A stretch of DNA of 64,000 nucleotides from Fimicolochytrium jonesii. Lineage: Eukaryota. A program made the position numbers and the translations under genes. The notes beneath the pieces were generated by a model. It had not been told where the DNA came from. It did no database searches and saw only the letters and a list, made by a program, of their open reading frames with translations. This document shows, piece by piece, positions 13,910 through 26,727 of the stretch. Within the stretch, counting starts at the first letter, position 1. Each line of letters starts with the position of its first letter. The stretch covers positions 248,001 through 312,000 of the forward strand of contig NW_026515693.1 of the NCBI RefSeq assembly GCF_025526975.1, read 5' to 3'.

Positions 13910-14326
13910 ATGCAAGCGCAAAGCCTCATCCGTACTTCTCGCTCTATCATGTTGCGTCCATTCCACCTCCGTCACACGCGCGGACAAGTCCGTACCTTGA
14001 ACACCGACCCTCTTCCCCCCAATTTGTCCGGTCCCGAATTCATCCGCCACGTCCTCTCCGAGTTATCCAAACACGCTGACAGAATTGGCGACCGCATCAC
14101 CACCCGCCTTGTCCTCACTGTGGTATCATTGGCGGTAGGAGTCGATATCGGTGTTCAGTCTCTCCTCTTCGGCAGAACCTTGACGGATATCAAAAAACAA
14201 ACCGATAAGATTCCGGAAATCATGGAGAAGCAGGCACATTTAGAGGGGATTATGGAAGGAATGAGGTTCGCCTCGCAGATCACACACGCACAACATCCTG
14301 CAGAGCATGCTCAAAACGCAGCATGA
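13910..14326 (+). CDS. Hypothetical 138-aa protein with basic presequence-like N-terminus, one hydrophobic segment and a short coiled coil
   Basis: ATG-initiated intronless ORF; Arg-rich N-terminus without acidic residues; LVLTVVSLAVGVDIGVQSLLF hydrophobic stretch; no family recognised. Confidence 0.35.
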   Translation: MQAQSLIRTSRSIMLRPFHLRHTRGQVRTLNTDPLPPNLSGPEFIRHVLSELSKHADRIGDRITTRLVLTVVSLAVGVDIGVQSLLFGRTLTDIKKQTDKIPEIMEKQAHLEGIMEGMRFASQITHAQHPAEHAQNAA

Positions 14327-15000
14327 TGCAGCCACCTACGCTGATCTAGGAGCGACGTACAACGGCTGGTCACTCTCCAAAACCCCCTTGCGCACGATAT
14401 CGAGCAGGTCGGCCAGGCGGTCGACTCAACGGCCGGCGCCACTACCAAGCTGACGCGGTCTAACGCAAACTTCGGCGCATCTCTGCAGGAATACGTGCAG
14501 TATTCGAAAACCGTCGACAAATTGCTCAAATGGCGCCACAAGAAGCATGTCGAGTACGAGACCCTCGCTGATCAGCTCATCTACAAGCCGGCCAGCCTCA
14601 CCAAGCTCGAAGCCTCGGAAGCCGAAGCCCAACGCCTGTCTGGTGTCCTGCGCGCAGAAGGTGCCACGACCGCTCACCACATCCGCACGCAAAGCAACAG
14701 CAGCGCCACAGGCGGCGGGCTGATGGCAACGCTGAACTCATTCATTGACAATGACCCAGCCTTGACGCGGCACAAGGAGCAAATAGCAGTTCTGGAGAAG
14801 CAGCTGGCTGTGTAGGAAGGAGCTAGACAGTGCGAATGGGAGAATCAACAGGACTTGGATAGAATTTCAGCGAGGAAAGTTGAAGGATTTGCCGAATATC
14901 CTGCTGGGGTACGCTGTTGCGCAGCGGAACTTCTATCAGAAAGCTATCAAGGCATGGGCGGAGGCTAAAGGCGAGATCGAGAAAGTGTCTCAAATTGAGT
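14270..15000 (+). pseudogene. Decayed sorting nexin (Snx41/Atg20-like) BAR-domain fragment
   Basis: YADLGATYNGWSL / LAHDIEQVGQAVD / LQEYVQYS...LLKWRHKKHVEYE / IDNDP / AIKAWAEAKGEI; frameshift near 14385, in-frame TAG at 14813-14815, a further frameshift, and no PX domain. Confidence 0.75.
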
Positions 15001-15182
15001 TTGCCACCGCTTTGTGCTTTTTTTGCACAGATGATGTGTACATACATATTAGATACGGACGCATTAGATAATTCTCCTGCAAAGCTGGTCCTTCCCTCAT
15101 GTATTATGTACTGATTGAAATTGTATAAAACGCATAGAACTTGTGTGAACCTTGCACATCACATCGCAGACATGGATGTAGT

Positions 15183-17811
15183 CTATGCAACGTTGTCAGC
15201 TTGGTTAGGATCCCAGGCGATGCACTGCGCGTATGGGAAGGAGGTGATGCGTCAGTTCTGAATTCACCAGCACGAAGCTTGCAACGGGTGAGTACTCACG
15301 AGCTCATGCACTTTGAAGTCGTTTTTGGTTTGGAAATCGGTCAGATCGGCAAATTCCCTGTCCTCTAGGTTGCGCAAGGCTACATCCATGATGGTGGACA
15401 CAAAGTCCAAGCACTTGGACTCTTCAAGCTGAGCCACGGTGTATCCAGTTGCAATCCTTGTCAATGCGTCATTCTGCTGTTCGCATCCTGTCGAGAGAGA
15501 ACAATCGATGTGAGTAGATTGGTCATGGGATCGTCATGCGAGTGGAACTGGTCACGAGCAGTCATACCAGAAGCCTGAGGGTATGTCAAATGAAACACAG
15601 CGGCAGCCAAAAGGCTGTTTCGAAACATCAGCGACTCGTAAATGCACACGCATGCAGACAAGATCTTGACGGCAATCGGAATGCCCGCTTCCGTGAAGAA
15701 CGGATCTTCATATTGGTCGTACATCTTCAAGTCCTCGACGTGGAATTCGTGTGGGACGCCACTGGCTATGCCACCTGGTGTTGCGGATCTCTTGGCTTTG
15801 ATGTGCCAGAGTTGCGCGATGCGGAATGCCCGCATCATGAAGTCGTACGCCGTGGGCACGTTCAAATCGCACTCCGTGATCTAAGCGGCGCGGATAAAAC
15901 GATGTGGTCAGAGCGATGGCCGTGACATGCCATCGAAATGGGTGACTTACAGTGAAGAACTCTCGTTCAAAGGCCAGGATCCTTGAAATTGAATCTTGTA
16001 AGGCATCGTCCTTTTCGGCGTCCGGAAGACCCTCAGTTTCATATTCGAGAATCTTGCACAGAGGCAAGTTGTCGAATTCCTGCGAGGTATGTTAGCTGAA
16101 TGTTTGGACTTGAGAAGGAGTGATGAAGCGTTGCCTCACCTCTTTCTTGGCGGAAAAAAAGATCATGGATATGGCGATTGCTTGCAAGTCGTACAGAACG
16201 TGATCCATATTACTTTTACTCATATACAGGTCGAAGTAGTTGACAGCCAGGTGATATGTGCTGTCATGAATCCAGTTGTCCTCAGCCAGCTGAGGCGAGC
16301 GGTCAGCACTTCATCAACGCGACATCAAGAGACCGAGAGCGGCTTACCTCAGCCAGCCAGTCCACCACGACTGCACGGTGAACGCCATTCAGGTTGGCAT
16401 AACGACCGAGCCAGTCTTCGCGCTGTGATACAAAGATCTTTTCACGCTCGACGTCAGTCTGGTAGTTGGCGTGAAGGAGTGCGAGGTCGTCCTGGAGAGG
16501 ATCAATGAAAAGAGGTATGAGCAGTTGACTGGGGCAAATGCACGCTGCAGAATACCACTGACCTGATTGTCGCCGATCACATGCAATCGAAGCTCCTTGG
16601 CTGAGGGACATCTAGGAACAAACCGCTGTAGTCCATGCTTGAAAGGTTGGCACCTGAGGTTCTCAGCCGTGAAGGAATCGCCCCGAGTCAAGGTCGCAGG
16701 AAGCCGTGGATTTGTCCTGGACTCGGCGAGGACCGGGCGGTCATAGCAAGCAACTGCCTGGGGTATTTCCGCCATGTCCAGGGGTGAAGAGTGACCCCAG
16801 TTGAAGTTGCCAAGTGGACTGGAGAAGGTCGAGGTGGCGGCGACACTCACGTCGTCCCCGTCGCTGGTAACGGAGAATGATATGTCTCGGCTGTCATCAC
16901 TGTCGATGAGCGTGTCTTGGACGTCGGACTCCAGGCCCAGATCGGACAAACTCTCCTCCGTGGCATAAGGAGCAATGGGAGCTTCGACTTGCCAAGGCGA
17001 AGAGAACGCCGACGAGCACGTTCTCTCCCCATCGAACGAAGAGTTGAAGGACAGCGCATTGGAAGCCGCTTGGAAGGAGAAAGAGGTAGGCACTTGCGCG
17101 TCGTGTTGGAACGGAAAACGCAAAGGGGATGGTGCGCTAAAGGACTGGAGGGGCCTCGAGGCAAATGCGGTTTGGCCGAACCCAGTACTTGAGAAAGGGG
17201 TAGTACTTGCACCAAAGACGAACGTCGCTGCCTCAAACTTCCCGAGGTTGGCCGTAGTCGTGGGCACTTGGAAAACGGGCGGGGCGCCAGAGAACCCGAA
17301 CGGGGCGCATGGTGATGCCGGGCACTTTTTCGACGCTGGCGATACAGGGGCTTTTGCTGTCGGACTATCGAACGTGGCGTTCTCATACTCGCGCTCTCGT
17401 TCCACGGCTGACGGAGGAAGGAAACGAAATGAGCGCTTTGCAGCTTGGGAATTCCGGAAACGATGCAGCAAATGGCAGCAAACCGACGAACTCAACAGTA
17501 GGACGCGTATCTGGGTGAAGGATTGAACTCACCGTAGTGGCCATGACGGCGAGATCGTTTGGAGGGCCGCTCTTCGGGGCTTTCGACTACGCACTTACGC
17601 TTGCTCCCCTGGGGCGTGCGACACTCTCCGTAGTTGGTCTGGCCGGGTGAAGGAAGTGCAAGCCATCACGGTCAGACGCGCTTACTATGAATGTGCCATC
17701 TTGCCATCACAAACACATTGCAAACCGTACCTTGTTGTTTGGCGTCGATGTCCGTGCGGGTTCTTCTGAGGTAGTCATTCTCGCTTCTCCTACGTATTCA
17801 CTACGAGACAT
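15183..17811 (-). CDS. Cyclin E-like cyclin with long S/P/F-rich N-terminal extension, multi-exon
   Basis: Cyclin box HRAVVVDWLAE|LAEDNWIHDSTYHLAVNYFDLYMS...LQAIAISMIFFSAKKE|E; second fold SLMFRNSLLAAAVFHL...TRIATGY...CLDFV; all exons join in phase; start ATG is 17811 or 17778. Confidence 0.8.
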
Positions 17812-19047
17812 ATGCACAACAGTCAGCCCTCCGGGTATTAGCAGTCCACACCATTCCAAAATGACCGCGGCCACCATTTCTACAACGCACCCAAGCATGT
17901 GTCCCGAAGCAGTAGAATCCAAAGTGGGCGCTCAGGAATGGTATGAGAGAAACCAGATGCAAGTAAGAACAGTGAAGACAGAATCAGCACATTGGAGCAC
18001 GAGCACCATCGACAGTGAAGCGGGTAGACTGGTCCGTGATAGTAGCCGAAAAACGCCAAACACGTCCTTCGTTGCGTAGGTACAGCCGTAGGTGCATGCT
18101 GCAGTGCGCATCTGCACGCTGGTGGAGCGATTCGGACATCTCCTCATTGGTCAAGAATCCCAGGGGCAGAAAGGTTTCCAGGGTGGAAACTTAGGTTCTT
18201 ATCAATATGGCTCGGTGCTGAAGCCGAAAGCCGGCTTTCATGGACAGTTCCATTTGCGGTTTGACCCGAGACGAGAAAACCCGCATGCGCGTGAAAAGAA
18301 GAGACATGAACGACAGGGGGGCCCAATTTGACGCGCTCCGAGTTCATTTCGCAGGTCCATCACAGCGCGTGAAACTTAGGTGCAGCAGTTAAATCGTAGG
18401 ACGAGGATGATGAGGGTGCCCACCCAGCACTGCAGACAGAAGAACTTCAAGGAGAAGGAATGGCCGCCCATTCATGACTGGTTGTACTCATTCCCGCCGA
18501 GGGGCTTGTCAATTTGGCATGTCATACCGGTGTCGGGATCTTGCAGAGAGCTATCGACAGGATCCAGAGGCGCGTTTATGAATTTACGTCAGCATACTCC
18601 GCTGACGGATGAATAGCCCCTCCGTGGCGGTATTTTTAGGAGCTTCGATGCTTTGCGCTATGCCGGCGATGTGTAAGAACCTAGACACACCATTGCATCA
18701 CGGGAAGTTCTCTAAGCTTTTAATGTTAGCATGTCGCGCAGTTACCAAGAACCGTAAAAGGTCGCCATATTCATCGCACCTCTCGTCAATTCCAGACCAA
18801 TTATCGCCCTCTTAACGCGTCCATAGCCGATGTTGGTTCTGGACGTTTTGGAAATTATATGCGTTTCCGCCCCACAGCGTCACTCTCTCGTTTGTTGGCG
18901 GGATCGAAAATTCTACGTATCGATATAACACATAGGCTTTGCAGACTTTTTAGGCAGAGTGTCTCGAGTCACTTCTACACCGTCCATCCTCGCGCTAGAA
19001 GCACGGAGCGGCAGCTATTTTGCTACGAATAACATCGTCTTGCAGTA

Positions 19048-20915
19048 ATGGGTAACTGCTTATGTCGACGTCGGGATGTCGGCCCGTCGGAATACCGAAA
19101 GATCACCCTCGACGACTTTCAGATACAAAGGGCTATCGGCAAAGGTGCCTTTGGAAAGGTGCGTCGTGAAACCTCGGCAGCCTTGAGCAGAAATAGTCTT
19201 GTGTTTACCAGAGCTTGGGAGTGGGAATTCTATGAAAGCTCAAACGGTTTTCCCAACTTCTCAAAGGTATCGGTGGTCCAAAAGCGAAAAGGCGGCGAGC
19301 TGTATGCGCTCAAGTACATCAACAAAGAAAAATGCATTGCTGAAAAAGCAATACATCATGTTGTGCAGGAACGCAACATTCTCGAAGATCTCAAGCATCC
19401 GTTTATATGCAGTCTTCGATACTCATTTCAGGATACCGAGAACATGTACATGGCGCTAGATCTGATGACTGGAGGGGATCTCCGATTCCATATGACGAAA
19501 GCGTTCAAAGAACCTGCAGCGAGATTTATTCTGGCCGAGGTGTCTGCAGCACTCGAGTACTTGCACTCGTTACAAATTGTGCATAGAGATATAAAACCAG
19601 ATGTAGGGACCGTGAGCATTGGTGTTCAAAACTCCTCACCATTGAGGGACATGCAATGCTAATGAACGTTCGTTGCCTTGATCTCAGAACATCCTATTGG
19701 ACAGCGACGGACACGCATGTCTCACGGATTTCAATATAGCTGTCAAGCTGCGGCCCGAAAAACCGCTCAAGTCCGTCGCCGGGACCGAGCCATATATGGC
19801 GCCAGAACTTCTCCTGGGTGGCGGGTATGGCGCTTCGGTCGATTGGTGGTCACTAGGCGTGATGGCATACGAGATGCTCCTCGGGGAGCGCCCGTTCCGC
19901 GGAAAGAACAAACGAGAAATCATCAAACGAGGGGAATGGAAGTTCCCAAAACCACCTACTCCAGAAGTAGACGCATTGACCAGTGCCGAAGGGGCGAAAG
20001 GCACCGGTACGGGGACCGCTAGCAAGGATAGCAAAAAGAAAATAAAGGATACCCGTCGACGATACCCCGTGATCTCCGACAAGTCGAGAAGCTTCATCTC
20101 AGGGCTGATGACCATGGACGTAAAGAAGCGGCTCGGCTTCGGTGAGGAGGCGCCGTGTCCTCTGCGTAATCACGAGTTCTTCTCAGGGATAGTATGGGAT
20201 AAGCTTATGAGAAAGGAGGTCGCGCCAGTCTTTCTGCCACCTAAAAACAAGTCCAACTTCGACGCTCAACATGACCTCGAAGAGCTGCTACTGAACGATA
20301 ACCCTTTGGGTACGAAGCCATCCAAAGCGAAACAGAAGATGGAGAAGTGGTCGATGAGCCCAGAAATGATGCTGATTGAGAGGCAGTTCCTGGTATGTTA
20401 CCTGTGCCCATTGTAAGCGGCAATCTGCCCAGACGTTAATCATACTCTAACTTACGGTGCAGTATTTTGACTGGTCTTGCCCCGACTTCGTCGACTCTCA
20501 AGCAACACACGATCCGCTCAGTGGCGACATGGACCTCAGTAAAGCAGTAATGACCAATAGTTCATTCAGCAGCCAAATATCCAAATCCTCCGGCATGTTG
20601 TCCCGCTCAGACACCGGCACATGTAACACGACAGACAAGCTCGCGGCATCATCACCCATTCCCGCGAATACCCATCCACCCATGGCCTTCCGGCGAGCAA
20701 TGTCAAGCGCAGATGATCCTCTTTTACGGATACCAAATATGAGACCTGCACATCCGGCGGCGGCCGAATCATCCTCCGCGCCGCATTCGCCGACCGGGGG
20801 CCAGACGGCCCAATGTCATATACCGTCGCCGCTAGGGAATGGAAGTCCACCGCCGGTGGTTGAGAGACTTTTAGATGATACGGCTGCTGCACTGAATATG
20901 AGAGTTGACCGATAG
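19048..20915 (+). CDS. YANK/STK32-family AGC Ser/Thr kinase, 4 exons
   Basis: FQIQRAIGKGAFGKV, YALKYINKEKCI, LRYSFQD...DLMTGGDLRFH, HRDIKPD, the LTDFNIA variant typical of YANK, NFDAQHDLEELLL; N-terminal MGNCLC acylation motif. Confidence 0.9.
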
Positions 20916-21448
20916 CGGCCGCTTCTCTGTTGGAAACAAACATTCCGAAGCGGGACCCAATGGGCATTCCATCCACCTACAAATAGGTCTGAATGAAACT
21001 CAACGAACGAACGGACTTTCCGCAGGCCAGGAATCTGATCATCCAAAGCGTCATCCCTTAGGCTCCAGGGGATCATTGTGTATTACTTGTTCGGTGGTCG
21101 AGTGTGTGGAGCGATCATCAGTTTTTTTGTATTATAGCAGTACTTTTGGATTTAGACATTATTTCTTTCTTTCCTGTCGTTGGCGGACTTCTTCATGCAA
21201 TAGAGAATTCGATATTGACGAAGCTGCCTTCTTCCAGTTCACGCGTGTTCCTGGAACGATGTCATTGAAGCATGAAATCTCTACATACGCAGTATAAATA
21301 ATCGGGTACCTCCTAGAGATGCCGGTAGGGTGATGAGGCATGAACCAACTGGTCCATTCCAGAGAGTTCACCTTCTCCGCTGTGCTACGTCTCTTCTACA
21401 ACTACGACTGGTAGATAATCGAGACTACCTATGGCCTCCGCGATTTCC

Positions 21449-24400
21449 TCATCTGTCATTCGTACGCCCGCCCCTACCACGTCCTCCCCCGCGGCCACCC
21501 CGGCTACCACGCCCTCGTGCGTGATCCGCACCGCGGCTTTGATTCCCAGTCCCTTCGTCCGCCCCCGCGTCCACAATCTCCATAGCAGCGGTCTCTTCGG
21601 GAGGAACATGCGAGTACAGTTTCTGCAGCGTCTCTCCGTACATCCCCATTCGCCGCATATGCTTCACTTTCACGGACATAAGGTCGAAAGCAACCCCAAC
21701 AGTGGCTGTGAGTTTCTTCCTGTCTTCCGCGGGCAAGGCATCCAATCCTAACGGAGGAGCGATAGGATACCTCTGCGAGAAATGAGTGAGGATCGTCCAT
21801 TTGGCTTTCATCCGTCCTCCAACGATGACTGCTTCCCGTGCGGTAGAATGCCGTTTGGCAAGGGCTTCGCGGCAACCTTTATCGTCGTTTTCGAACGTCG
21901 CTTCGTGAATCAGCACCGTCGCGTCTCCGCCGAGCTTCATAAGACCCATGTTGGGTCGGCAGTCGCCTGAGTAGACCGCCTTGAACCCATTGATGTGAAC
22001 CAGGGAGACTGCGTACGCGTATGGAGAGTGATCGACCTGGATTGTTTTGAGTTCTTGCAGACCTAGAGCCTGCTTGAGGCCATCCAGGGTACCACCGCCC
22101 GCGGTGAGAAACGGCGAGGCCAATTCGTTGTTCTTCAAAAACTCGATGCCGCCTTCTTCCCCAATCCCAAGTTCTTCACATTCTGCATATTCATTGAGCC
22201 AGGTTACGTAGTGCGGAGGCGCTGCGATGTACAGGGTTGGTGCCGGACCGCTGCGCTGAGCGAGAACATTCTTTCTCTCCAAAAGGACACGAATCGCGCC
22301 CAAGTGGTGATCGGCATGCATGTGGGAAATGAAAAGCAGTCGCAAGTTCGCCAAGACGTCTTCCAGTGGGACTTCCTCGTCCGCATTGAAGCGTCGATAC
22401 AATTGCCCGTATGTCCCCTCTCCAGCGTCCAGAAGCACCGATCCGTAGTTGGGAATATCAATGAAGTTGGAGCTCACGTTCCGGAAAGGAGAAGGGAGGG
22501 AGGCCCCAGTCCCAAGTGTGCAAACTAACACATCGCCCCCTGCAACATCCGGGCTCTCCTCCACCTCAGCTGTTTCAATGATCTGCTTCCGGAGACTGGC
22601 AGCAGATTCTTTGAACTCCGTCCATCTCTCGTGTTGATGGCGTATTAGTACCTTGCCCTGCGGATCCGTATGACTCCAAATAGACTTTTGTTCGCTGGTG
22701 TCAATCTTGCGTGAGGGTTCCGTGTGGTAAATCATGAGATTCTTTCCGATCGTGACATTTGTTGGCAATTCTTCGCCTGTGCTTAACATCATCAGAACCC
22801 CGCCACATGGGTCCTTCGATATAGCATAGAAATGGACTTACGGTTCTCCAGAGGTTCCGTTTCCGGTTTGTAAAAGGGGATTTTGAAAACGTCGGGGTCC
22901 ATGTGGTTCAGGCGGAATAGGTTGTTCGTGGTTCCCTTGTAAATGATGGGCTTTGGGCAATGCTTGCGGGTAATGATGATGTGCTGACGGGAAAACTTTA
23001 ATATGCTACAATCCAATCAAAAGGCCACCAGCTCAGTATGCAAACCTCGGTTGTGTCTCCGAACTTCTTCATCCACGCTCTGTACTCCGCGGAATCGAGG
23101 ACGCCATCACCGATGTTATGCACTATGAGAGAGACTGGATTGGTGGTTGTTTCAGCAAAATGCGGTGCGAAAGCCGCGTTGGATGTCAAATCCGGAATGT
23201 ACTCCTGCGAAGGACAGTCCAAGATGATAAACGCGGCACCTGGCCTGTCAGGATCCATGACTTGCTCTGGCAAGACCGTCACACCGTCTTCGGTCTCGAA
23301 AGGGTGGCCATTTGCTAGGCGTCCGAAAGCATATCCTGCAGGGACTCCAAGCGCGGTGGCCTTTTCTGGTCGAAACTTTCCACGCTGAGTGTGGCCCTCG
23401 CAAATGTATGTGATAACGCCCAGGCAAGGACGTGACTTTGGCAATCTAACGACCTTGGTGTGATCCCTCTTGCCAAGCAGCATATCGGGGACGTTCAACC
23501 GACTTCTCGTGAGGTCGAACTGAGCGGAGTAAGAGTTATCAAAGCCTCTCTTCGATCCGTTCTGGAGGGGCACGGAGGGCAGCTCCCCGCTGTTGAACAT
23601 TTGTCGAATAATCTCCTGCTTGTATGCCAACGCATCTTCGTGGCTCAAGGACGGAGAGGCTAAGGAATCTTCCTGGACCTTCCGCTTCTGCCCGGTCACC
23701 GGATCCGCTTCCCCATTCTCGACGCCGTTGGAGACTGCGGACGGGTTGTTTGCATGGGAGCTGGGCATAGCAACCGGCATTGGGCCGTCGCCAGCTAGCG
23801 CTGCCTTTTTGCTGGCTGGCTCACCGTCCGTTTCCGCCGTCGAGTCAGACGGACGATGGCCGACAGGGTATATAGTGACGGGCCGGACGCTCATATTCTC
23901 ATCGACGAAGGGTTTGGAGCCATCTGGGATCTCACATGCCTGCACAGATGATGCCATACTGCACAGAGACCGCCAGGTCAGTCTCAGCAAAGCCCTGAGA
24001 CCCACTGCCATCGAACGAAAAGCTTACCGGAAGACAAAATGACGCGTTGCAGCCATGAAGTGCGTCAAATTCTTTCCGCCATGCACCGTGATTTTTTTGT
24101 TGCCGGCATCAGCCAAACTCAACAGCATACCTACAGCAAGAGTGTTTGAGCATAGAGCTGAACTGTCCCACGCTGACCCTACCATTCCATGAGCATAAGT
24201 GCCCATCCGCAGCTCTCTGTCCATCCGCATCCACCATCCTCCCAGAGGCCCCCCCTTCGAGTCATTCTTCCTTCAGGCAATATAGCTTCTCAGGGCGTAC
24301 GCGGAAGCCGGAACGTACCAGGGATACCACCACACGCGTCCCATTGCACCCTCGACAAGAACAGGTTGGTCAGTTTCCCGAGCCTGACCCTCTGCTCAAG

Positions 24401-24635
24401 ACAAAATCGCTGTGTCCCTTCTCCGGCATTGAAGAGGTATCGCTGTGAGTCGAAGAAAACTAAGACTGAAGGCAACGTGTCGCCCGTCTGCGTTCCTAAT
24501 GGGCGTTTGAAAAATGTTGGTATTGTAAGAAAGGTTCGAGGAAGCGAGGCGACCGCTTGAAATAGAACAGCAGGCAGAAGTGTAGAGAAGGTCACAGGCC
24601 GTAGACCTACCGAGGATCTGAATGTAGGACTTCAT
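21449..24635 (-). CDS. TRZ1: Long-form tRNase Z (ELAC2/Trz1), multi-exon
   Basis: RYLFNAGEGTQR, LGTGASLPSPFRNVSS, LLDAGEGTYGQL, SHMHADHHLG, YSGDCRP, LIHEATF, HST, LTHFSQRYP. Confidence 0.95.
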
Positions 24636-25275
24636 GGCTCTCCGCTGTCAGATCTTTCTAAACGCAGTCTGACTGGAAGTTCCAAAATATCCAATGCCTG
24701 AGGCCATTTCGCGTCCCTGCGCCACAGGCGTTTCTGTATAAATTTCCGTGTTCCCTCTTCGACCTCTAGACCAACCTGTTCTTCTCGTACTCCCGGAACT
24801 ATTGAAGCATGCGAGAGAAGCAGGATAGCGACAAGCGTAGCGTAGGGATGGGGAGCAACTCTGGCTGACGTTATGCAGCTTCGTTCTCTACTTCACAGGT
24901 GCAAGTGCCAGGTCTTGCTTCGCGTTCAACTCTCAAGAAGGATTTACATAAGCCAACGCGCGGACAAACCGCGTCTCAGAATCATCAGAACCTTTCCCAC
25001 CCTCTGCGAACTTACGCGGCGGGACGCTATCCACATGATGTATAAGCAATGTCTTCTAAACGAGATGGGGTGAAAGAACATCGGGACCCCACGTGTGGCC
25101 GAGCTCCGGCATAACGTCCGCCTGCCCTGCGTCAGCATCGTCCGCGACAGGCGTCATGAAAGAGAATGCGAAGCCCCGAATGTGCTTCGGCCTGTATATA
25201 AAGAGAGGCCGGCGAGGTTCTTTCTTCTCGAAAAGAAACTGAGAGCCATTCGATAAACACCTACTGTACAACACC

Positions 25276-26727
25276 ATGTTCTTCGGCAAGATATCTCGAC
25301 AATCTCTATTCCGTGCGGCGATATGGACTGGATCCATGGCGTTGGTATGCGCGGTGCAACTCTCTCGGGAAGCTGACCGCGGCACGTCGCTGGAGGCTAC
25401 GAGGTTTGCGGCAGCCGATATCAATGGTGAGTAGGTCAGCCTTGGTGCATTGTGCGCAACAAATCAGTTTCAAACCCTCCGACAACGTCTCACATGTTTG
25501 CTCGCACCTCAGGCGGTGTATACTACGAGATTGCAGAGGACATCAAGGGCAAGGACTACGCGTATACCGTCTACTCGAAGCTGACTGCCACCGATTCCAA
25601 CAATGTAACAAAATGGGAGTCCCAGTAAGTGCAAGTACATGTCTTGAGAAGCAAGACGTGCTTCCAAGTCTTAAACACGACTTTCGACCCCTTGCAGTTA
25701 TACGGAGGAAGCCTCGTCATACACCACTCAACTGATTACAGGCGAAGCCAATTCCGATGTGTATGAAGTTGGAATCGGTAAGTTACTGGTGTGATCACCA
25801 CCTACGCCGCATGCCACAAGGCTAACATCGTATCCCGGTCTGACAGCTCCAGACTTCATTGCCACTCGTCGCTTCGACGCCACCGATGGCACGTTGCTCT
25901 ACACACACCATGTCAAGGGCAGTGCCTGCCCATCCCCAGTGTATGCCACCGGCGCCGCCGATCCCCTGACCGGTGACTTTTATCTTCTCGGCGTCTGCCA
26001 ACCAACGTCGGAAACAGCCTCCGACGACGATGGCAACTTCCTCTTCGTCCAGATCATCGACAAAAAGGGCAAGTTCGGCAAACGCCGACGCGTGAAAAAC
26101 GTCCAAGCCGCACAATCGTTTATCTCTATTGGGGGCTTCGATGGCAAAGGCGAAGCTGCGACTAAGTCGGGCAGTAAGACACAGGTCGTGATCTACGTCG
26201 CTGGCTATAGGAACCATAAGGGCAGGAAGGCCGGAGTCCCCTTCGTCGCCGCCTACAAGCCGCGCACGCTCGCTCAAATCAGCCCCCCGCGGAAGATCGA
26301 CGAGCCCGCATCCTACCCCTTCATCTCATCACTGGCTGTTCCGATCGCGACGCGTGAACCCATCGTCGCCCTCTCATCGCCTTCGGACGGCGATGGACTC
26401 CTCCTCCGCTCGAAAGCCTCGCTCAAAAGCGTCGTTGCAAACGTCACGATCCCATTTGCAGACGCCAAAATCCTAGCCGGGAAAACCGCGCTTTACGTGT
26501 GCGGCACCCCACACCAGTCACAAGGGCCCGTCGAGCTGCAGGTGCGCCATGTGGAGACATTGGAGCTTTGGACGAGCGTCAAATTGGACGGATCTACCTA
26601 CTGCGAGTTTTTGCAGCTGGCTGAAGGCGATGGAGCCAGTTGCGGGGACGAGGGCGACTACATCACCGTGAGCGCGAGATATAAGGGGTCAGAGGAAAGG
26701 CTTACCACTTACTATTGCGAAGGATGA
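25276..26727 (+). CDS. Putative secreted beta-rich protein of unknown function, 4 exons
   Basis: TATATAAA at about 25195; N-terminus MFFGKISRQSLFRAAIWTGSMALVCAVQ is signal-like; three GT-AG introns join in phase into ORF 25894-26727. Confidence 0.6.
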
